Shown: positions 45,558-50,485 of the stretch, in pieces
Numbering within the stretch: position 1 is the first letter of the stretch
How the letters are laid out: each line of letters opens with the position of its first letter
Source: a virus
Lineage: Duplodnaviria; Caudoviricetes
Direction: 5' to 3' (one strand)
Length of the DNA: 50,485 bases
IMG/VR virus record: IMGVR_UViG_3300037467_001076
Span: 1-50,485 of that record
The notes under the pieces: generated by a model
Databases searched by the model: none
Seen by the model: the letters and a program-made list of their open reading frames with translations, nothing else
What the model was told of the DNA's origin: nothing
Translations under genes and position numbers: made by a program

Positions 45558-45873
45558 CTCGTTTCCTCCTCGTAAATATCGCTCGTCCAATCCACGTTAT
45601 GACCACGATAAGCGCCAGGGTCGACGCTATGACGCCTTGAGCGTTTGGTTCGGGAGGAGGCGACGTGAAGCGCACCGCGCCTATTGTCGCTTCTGGAATC
45701 GCAGGAGGCGTGGCCGGCGCTTTGATCGTTTCCGCCCTTTTTGGCGGCGTCGATGTCTGCGCTTGAGGCGATCGGACGGGAGGAGGCGCTTTATTCGTCT
45801 CCTCCCATGCGTCGTGAAACGTCGATAGGTTAGGCGTGACGGTCGATGGACGGCGGTAAGGCGTTTCGGTCAT
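45475..45873 (-). CDS. Pro-rich membrane-anchored hypothetical protein
   Basis: Pro/Thr-rich region plus a TM segment; the 3' overlap with the next gene makes the end uncertain. Confidence 0.45.
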   Translation of the reverse strand: MTETPYRRPSTVTPNLSTFHDAWEETNKAPPPVRSPQAQTSTPPKRAETIKAPATPPAIPEATIGAVRFTSPPPEPNAQGVIASTLALIVVITWIGRAIFTRRKRDVFGIRVVQKVSRHRRRYRRRVSRTVL

Positions 45874-46049
45874 CGAATCTCGACCTTGACGCCGTTGACG
45901 TGGGCCACGTAAATGTCGCTCTTGGCGTACCCCTTCGCCTTCGCCAGCTCGACCGGAGCGACGTTAGGCGATGCAGCTCGAATCTGTTCGTGGTACTGTG
46001 CGCCGTTTGCGAGAATGAGACGGACGGTGTGCGTGTGAGTCGTTGTCAT
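45870..46049 (-). pseudogene. Small gene with compensating +1/-1 frameshifts
   Basis: SD AAGGAGG + ATG; start and end share a frame with an internal TAA, while the middle reads protein-like in the shifted frame. Confidence 0.4.
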
Positions 46050-46067
46050 CGGGCAGGCGCCTCCTTG

Positions 46068-46274
46068 CTATTGAACGATGGCGCTTGACTTCGCCAGGAT
46101 ACGCGTACGCTTTCCGCGTACCTCTGCGTGCAGAATCGCGTCGCCGTTCGGGAGCACTCGCTCAACCTCGGCAGGCGTATCCGTTGTGAAGCGCATCCAA
46201 TCGTTAAACTGACCGAACAGCTCGACCTTTGCGCCCCATCCCGCCTTAATCGTCACATGCTGACCTTGCGTCAT
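46068..46274 (-). CDS. Hypothetical protein
   Basis: SD AAAGGAG; downstream of promoter 46331-46359. Confidence 0.6.
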   Translation of the reverse strand: MTQGQHVTIKAGWGAKVELFGQFNDWMRFTTDTPAEVERVLPNGDAILHAEVRGKRTRILAKSSAIVQ

Positions 46275-46330
46275 CCCTCGCATCTCCTTTCGATTGACCG
46301 TCGCTTACGACGGCTCTTTCGCTTGAAACG

Positions 46331-46359
46331 ATCATATCACCGTCTCATACGAAGATCAA
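46331..46359 (-). promoter_or_regulatory. sigmaA promoter with shared ACGGTGA spacer motif
   Basis: TTGATC TTCGTATGAGACGGTGA TATGAT. Confidence 0.6.
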
Positions 46360-46597
46360 GCGCCTTTTGCGAAAATCGCACGAAGATTTTTCGCTTCATC
46401 TATAGGAGCGAGAGAAGTGCCGAACCGATGCCATGCGGCCAGCTCGCCAGGATCGCAGCAAGGCGCCGGCGTCGATGATGCCCGACTCTTGACGCATGGC
46501 AGGCGACTTGATACGGTTAGAGCGAGAGGCGCCTATACCGTAATGTAGGCGCAGGATCTCGCTTAGGCGTCGCACGAAAAATTCTCGAAAATGACGC

Positions 46598-46626
46598 TTG
46601 ACTATCGGCGTATACGGTGATACGAT
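46598..46626 (+). promoter_or_regulatory. sigmaA promoter with shared ACGGTGA spacer motif
   Basis: TTGACT ATCGGCGTATACGGTGA TACGAT. Confidence 0.65.
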
Positions 46627-46667
46627 CAAGGCGACAAAGGCGAACGACACGAAGGAGGAAACGATAA

Positions 46668-46897
46668 TGGCGCAGGATCGCATGACGCCGGCTCAAGCGT
46701 GGGAAGGATTCGTAGGGTCGCAGACGGTCGCGGATTTCATGGCGTACTCTCGCCGAAACGGTCGCACGACTCCCGCCGAAGCGGTAACGGCGTATGTGGC
46801 CGATCTCTCCCGCATGTTCCCCGCCGAGAACATCACCGCCGATGACCAGGCGACGATCGCCCCGCTGCTGATCGCCTACATCGAGGCGAACGAGTAG
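46668..46897 (+). CDS. Hypothetical protein
   Basis: SD AAGGAGG + ATG. Confidence 0.65.
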
Positions 46898-47000
46898 GGC
46901 GACGGCCAGAACGACGAAAGGCGCGGGCGACTCCTGCGAATCGCCCTGGCCGACCTCGCCCCGCTCGCGATTTAACCGACCCGCGCGGTGCAAGCGCCTC

Positions 47001-47161
47001 TAGCCACGAATGAAGCGATCTAGCCGCGATTTCTTCGAAATCCGCGTAGCCGCAACTTTAACTAGCCGCGATTTTCAATTAGCCGCATTTTCTATTGCTC
47101 CAACGACTAACTACGACTAGCCGCATATTCGAAGGAGGACGATCTAGCCGTGACTAGCCGC
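47001..47161 (+). repeat. Cluster of eight TAGCCGC-like direct repeats
   Basis: Copies at 47001, 47021, 47047, 47063, 47080, 47118, 47145 and 47155. Confidence 0.75.
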
Positions 47162-47665
47162 ATCATCGATGACCCCACGACTCTCAACGAGCTGATCCAC
47201 GTTCACGTTTTCGGCGGAAGCGTCGAGCCGACGAAGGAGTACGACATCTCGCAGGCGGTCGAGAGCGGAAGTCACGGCGCAGGAGCGAATTGGGGCGGCG
47301 CTGGCAGAGACGTGTGGGTGCGCACGTATCAATGGAACGGTTCATTCCACCGCATCACGTACGAGAGCGACAACTTCGGTCATCGCCTTTACGACGACCG
47401 ACACGGCAAACCGTACCAGGCCGACATTGAAGCGCACGTTGCCGCCTATCGCGGTCACATACCCGATTACGTCGGTGATGGAGCGATGTTGGCGAAGGGA
47501 ATCGCGAAGTACATCGGCGGTCAAGGCGTCCGGTTCCTGCGCACGCTCAATGACTCGACCAAGTGCGTGATTTACGGCGCGAATGAGGCCATCCATAGCG
47601 ACCTTTCGATCGCGTTCTGGAACGCGGCGATTCAGGCGAGCGGATACAGCGAGGAGGAAGCGTAA
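47150..47665 (+). CDS. Hypothetical protein
   Basis: SD AAGGAGG + GTG. Confidence 0.7.
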   Translation: MTSRIIDDPTTLNELIHVHVFGGSVEPTKEYDISQAVESGSHGAGANWGGAGRDVWVRTYQWNGSFHRITYESDNFGHRLYDDRHGKPYQADIEAHVAAYRGHIPDYVGDGAMLAKGIAKYIGGQGVRFLRTLNDSTKCVIYGANEAIHSDLSIAFWNAAIQASGYSEEEA

Positions 47666-47932
47666 ATGGCGAAAATCGATTCATCCGAGTACCACCCGAT
47701 CCACTTCGTAACCAAGAATGGCGAACTCATCGGTGTTTGCGTCGAAGACAACTCAGACGACGAGCGCATCTATGCGCACATCAACGAAGTTGAAGTCGCT
47801 ATGGGCGACGTGATCGCGTACAACCTTGGCGCGATGGAGCACATCGACTACGGCAGGCTCGACCTGAACGACCGGAACACGACGAAGGCGTTCCGACGCA
47901 AACTCGCGGAGACGCCGTTGACCAACAACTGA
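47666..47932 (+). CDS. Hypothetical protein
   Basis: SD GAGGAGG. Confidence 0.65.
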   Translation: MAKIDSSEYHPIHFVTKNGELIGVCVEDNSDDERIYAHINEVEVAMGDVIAYNLGAMEHIDYGRLDLNDRNTTKAFRRKLAETPLTNN

Positions 47933-47972
47933 CAATCGCTTACAATCGACCTAACGAGGAGGGGAGACGGTT

Positions 47973-48197
47973 ATGTCCGACAACCACGCTCTTGCGACGG
48001 CTGCGCTTAAGCGTCTCCTCAACGCATCACCCGACTTGCTCGGCGATCGTGCGTACATGCGCGACTTCACCGCTGGATACATCGCCTGTTGCGAGGCAGT
48101 AGACGTTGGCGGCGATCTAGTCGCTCCGGTCGATTCGAGCGATGCGTTCATCGCAGGATTCGAGGAAGCGATGAAGGATCTCGGCATAGTCGAATAG
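47973..48197 (+). CDS. Hypothetical protein
   Basis: SD GAGGAGG; followed by a terminator. Confidence 0.65.
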   Translation: MSDNHALATAALKRLLNASPDLLGDRAYMRDFTAGYIACCEAVDVGGDLVAPVDSSDAFIAGFEEAMKDLGIVE

Positions 48198-48232
48198 ACG
48201 CTTAGGCACGGTCATGCGCCTAAGCGTCTTTT
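48197..48232 (+). terminator. Intrinsic terminator
   Basis: GACGCTTAGGC...GCCTAAGCGTC-TTTT. Confidence 0.7.
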
Positions 48233-48272
48233 CGTAAATGGAAACATAAAGATTACGTTAACATCGATAAAT

Positions 48273-48316
48273 AGAACGCACGTTCGCTTGTTAAGATCGT
48301 ATCAGGACGATATAAT
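48273..48316 (+). promoter_or_regulatory. LexA (Cheo/SOS) box abutting a sigmaA promoter
   Basis: AGAACGCACGTTCG (GAAC-N4-GTTC), then TTGTTA-N17-TATAAT. Confidence 0.75.
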
Positions 48317-48352
48317 ACGTAGTAAAGACGCCCACAGAACGAGGTGACAGCG

Positions 48353-48991
48353 ATGCCAACGCAGGTTGAGCGCATGGACGAGATGATGCGATTCTTCGGA
48401 TTCGTAAACCCGCGATTCCCCGATCAGGTGTCGGCCAACGCTCTGGCCGCGTTTGTAGGCGTCACCAATCCGACAGCCGTGCGCTGGCAGCGCGGCGAGA
48501 TACGCACACCCGACGAAGTATGCGACCGGCTCGGCATCAACACCGCCTGGATCGTCGGTCGCTCTAGCCGCATGTGGAGCGAGGCGTTCGAGGAGACGCG
48601 CCGCGAGATTCGCGCCAAGTTAGCCAGGCGTGACTGGTCGACTGTGACGAGAACCGCACGAGTCGCGCAGGCGCTCGACATGGCGCGTGCGACGGACTTC
48701 CGTCTGTTTACGTGCGAGTTGGTATCGTCAGTCCTTCGCCTCGACGAGAAGACGATTCGGGCGATCGGCGCAGGAACGACGTCGGTCAACGACGGGACGA
48801 TCAAGCGCCTGAGCGAGTGGCTGGACGTGCCGATCGCCTGGTTCAAGTCAGGCGATCCGAAGACACTGCGAGACGTGGATTGGACGCATCCAATCGAGAA
48901 GGCGATCAAGTCGGGACTGAGCGCCGGCGACGTCGAGCGACTGATCGAACGGTTCGTGAAGGAGCGCAGAGACGTCGAGTCGCTGATGTGA
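48353..48991 (+). CDS. Double XRE-HTH transcriptional regulator
   Basis: ALAAFVGVT..TA.RW.RG...LGIN.AWI; second unit L.L...TI..I..G......I.RL..WLDVP..WF..G. Confidence 0.75.
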   Translation: MPTQVERMDEMMRFFGFVNPRFPDQVSANALAAFVGVTNPTAVRWQRGEIRTPDEVCDRLGINTAWIVGRSSRMWSEAFEETRREIRAKLARRDWSTVTRTARVAQALDMARATDFRLFTCELVSSVLRLDEKTIRAIGAGTTSVNDGTIKRLSEWLDVPIAWFKSGDPKTLRDVDWTHPIEKAIKSGLSAGDVERLIERFVKERRDVESLM

Positions 48992-49047
48992 CGCCAATCG
49001 ACCTATACACCATGTCAACGTATCTAGCCGCAATCATACGTTATAGC

Positions 49048-49092
49048 AAACGACAAGACCGCTTGGAGCGTTTCCAAGCGGTCTTCGTCGTT
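49048..49092. terminator. Bidirectional terminator
   Basis: AAGACCGCTTGGA-GCGTT-TCCAAGCGGTCTT. Confidence 0.7.
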
Positions 49093-49109
49093 ATGGTCGG
49101 TTCAGGCGA

Positions 49110-49235
49110 CTAGCCCTTGACGTTAGCCGTGAAGCACGCGTCGGGACCGCCTCCGCTACTGCAAGCGGAGACGATCGGAGCGGCGATCGCGGAGACGACG
49201 AGAAGCACGAGAGCGACGATCGAAACCTTGTGCAT
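49110..49235 (-). CDS. Secreted 41-aa propeptide with two Cys (putative RRNPP-type signal precursor)
   Basis: SD AAGGGGG; MHKVSIVALVLLVVSAIAAPIVSA-CSSGGGPDACFTANVKG*; starts 12 nt after the TPR gene stop. Confidence 0.72.
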   Translation of the reverse strand: MHKVSIVALVLLVVSAIAAPIVSACSSGGGPDACFTANVKG

Positions 49236-49247
49236 CGAATTACCCCC

Positions 49248-50144
49248 TTATTCGATATTCGGCACGCCTCGCTTTACCATGTCGAGTTGATCTCGAAGGT
49301 ACGGCGAGCCGTTGTCGCAGAGCAGCATGGCGAGCTGGTGGGCGAGCCAGAACGAGTCGATGTCGCCGATCGCCTTGTACGCACAGCAGCGATACAGGGC
49401 GATCTCACCCATTGTAATCGTCTCCTTCAACCCTGCCGCGAGCCTGTACGCCTGGTCGAGCGGAGCGCGAGCGTCGTTGACGCGCCCTTCGTAAATGGCG
49501 ATGACGCCACGAAGGAACTTCGTCCAGCACTCGACAGACGACGCACCTTCGCCCTTTTCGGCTAAGTCAGCCCAGCGCCTGGCGTCGTCAAGATAGCCGA
49601 GCCGAGCGCAGCATAGACCCACATGAGCCGCTGCTGATCGTTTATAGCCGTCATAGCCGCTCTTTGGGTCGCACACCGCAAGAACGCTCATCGTTTCGAT
49701 CGCCTCGTCGAGACGGCCTGTCGCCATGAGGATTCGACCAACGTTGAACGTGTGGAGCGCATGAAACGTGGGGAAATCGTAGAGAGCGAAAAAGCGATCA
49801 GCCACGACCTTGACGCGCTCCATCTCGCCGATGGCACCGAGCATGTACGAGAGATACGAGGCACGAACGATGGCCTTCGCGTGTGTCTCGACGTCCTCGA
49901 CGGGACACTCGGTTACGGCGAGAATCGCCTTCAACGCCTCGTCGCTTCGGCTCGGATACTCGAAAGCCGTGACATGTGCGTTCCAGTACGTGATGACCGT
50001 CGAGGGAGCGTCGCTGACCGTCAGCTCGTCGTCGATGATGCGACGGGCGAGCGGTAGATCACGCTTGGACACACGCATGGCTTCGGTTAGTCGTTCGACA
50101 ATCGCATGGTACGATGCCGGAACCGGCGGCGATGCGTGAGCCAT
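49248..50144 (-). CDS. TPR-repeat protein (putative RRNPP-like peptide receptor, no evident HTH)
   Basis: N.G.I....G..DEA, VG.C...LG..DDA..W, G.I....G....A...L.QA TPR consensus; SD GAGGAGG + ATG50144. Confidence 0.75.
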   Translation of the reverse strand: MAHASPPVPASYHAIVERLTEAMRVSKRDLPLARRIIDDELTVSDAPSTVITYWNAHVTAFEYPSRSDEALKAILAVTECPVEDVETHAKAIVRASYLSYMLGAIGEMERVKVVADRFFALYDFPTFHALHTFNVGRILMATGRLDEAIETMSVLAVCDPKSGYDGYKRSAAAHVGLCCARLGYLDDARRWADLAEKGEGASSVECWTKFLRGVIAIYEGRVNDARAPLDQAYRLAAGLKETITMGEIALYRCCAYKAIGDIDSFWLAHQLAMLLCDNGSPYLRDQLDMVKRGVPNIE

Positions 50145-50229
50145 AGCGACTCCTCCTCGATTCAGGTCGATGGTTGCGTGTTGCTTCGTGTATGATTCGT
50201 TGGAACAGCGAGACATTCCTGCTAGGTCG

Positions 50230-50259
50230 AGTGTATCACCGTGTACGACGATTTGTCAA
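50230..50259 (-). promoter_or_regulatory. sigmaA promoter with shared ACGGTGA spacer motif
   Basis: TTGACA AATCGTCGTACACGGTGA TACACT. Confidence 0.6.
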
Positions 50260-50454
50260 CGATCAACTATCGTCTTTTGCGAAGATTCGCCCGACGAATC
50301 GTAGCGACTCTTACGAATAGATTCGCAAGGGCGTGACGTCGATGTGACGGTCGCCTCATATTTCGATAAGTCGCGTAAGAAGGCGATTGTCCTCGCAGCA
50401 CAAACTTCGATCACCTCGACTACTTCTCGCTAAATAGGCGAGGAGGAAGCGGTT

Positions 50455-50485
50455 ATGGGCGAGAAGACGTTTGTCGTCGATGGCG
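50455..50485 (+). CDS. Start of a gene truncated by the window edge
   Basis: SD GAGGAGG + ATG GGC GAG AAG. Confidence 0.45.
   Translation, partial: MGEKTFVVDG

Noticed and set aside
47001-47161. CRISPR array to accompany the Cas4-like gene
   Set aside because: The repeats are only 7-12 nt with irregular spacing; no 25-40 nt repeat-spacer array was seen anywhere in the window.

Overview
This 50.5 kb window is a GC-rich segment of a siphovirus-type phage or prophage of a spore-forming Bacillota host, judged from sigmaA-type promoters, Gram-positive LexA boxes, an SLH-domain endolysin and a YyaC homologue. The left arm (+ strand, 1-15.2 kb) carries DNA metabolism genes: a family A DNA polymerase split by a group I intron with an EDxHD endonuclease, a Cas4-like nuclease, a GIY-YIG/Hjc fusion, class II RNR, PhoH, YyaC, HNH, ThyX, and sigma-like and HTH regulators. 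The middle (- strand, 15.3-37.2 kb) is the lysis, tail, head and packaging module. The right part (37.2-50.5 kb) is accessory and regulatory: a C5 methyltransferase, secreted proteins, an HTH replication initiator with iterons, small early genes and a repressor. The main candidate new system is a pair of unannotated peptide-signalling-like modules: a 102-aa TPR-like gene followed by a secreted propeptide with three 8-aa repeats (37302-37892), and a 298-aa TPR protein followed by a two-Cys secreted peptide (49110-50144). Each module is linked to a near-identical LexA-box promoter, and a secreted HExxH peptidase lies between them. Other notable signals are stand-alone structured sRNAs, a recurring phage promoter embedded in SD-sequestering hairpins, and many apparent ATA/ATC/ATT/ACG/CTG starts. 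All calls come from manual motif reading; no database searches were run.
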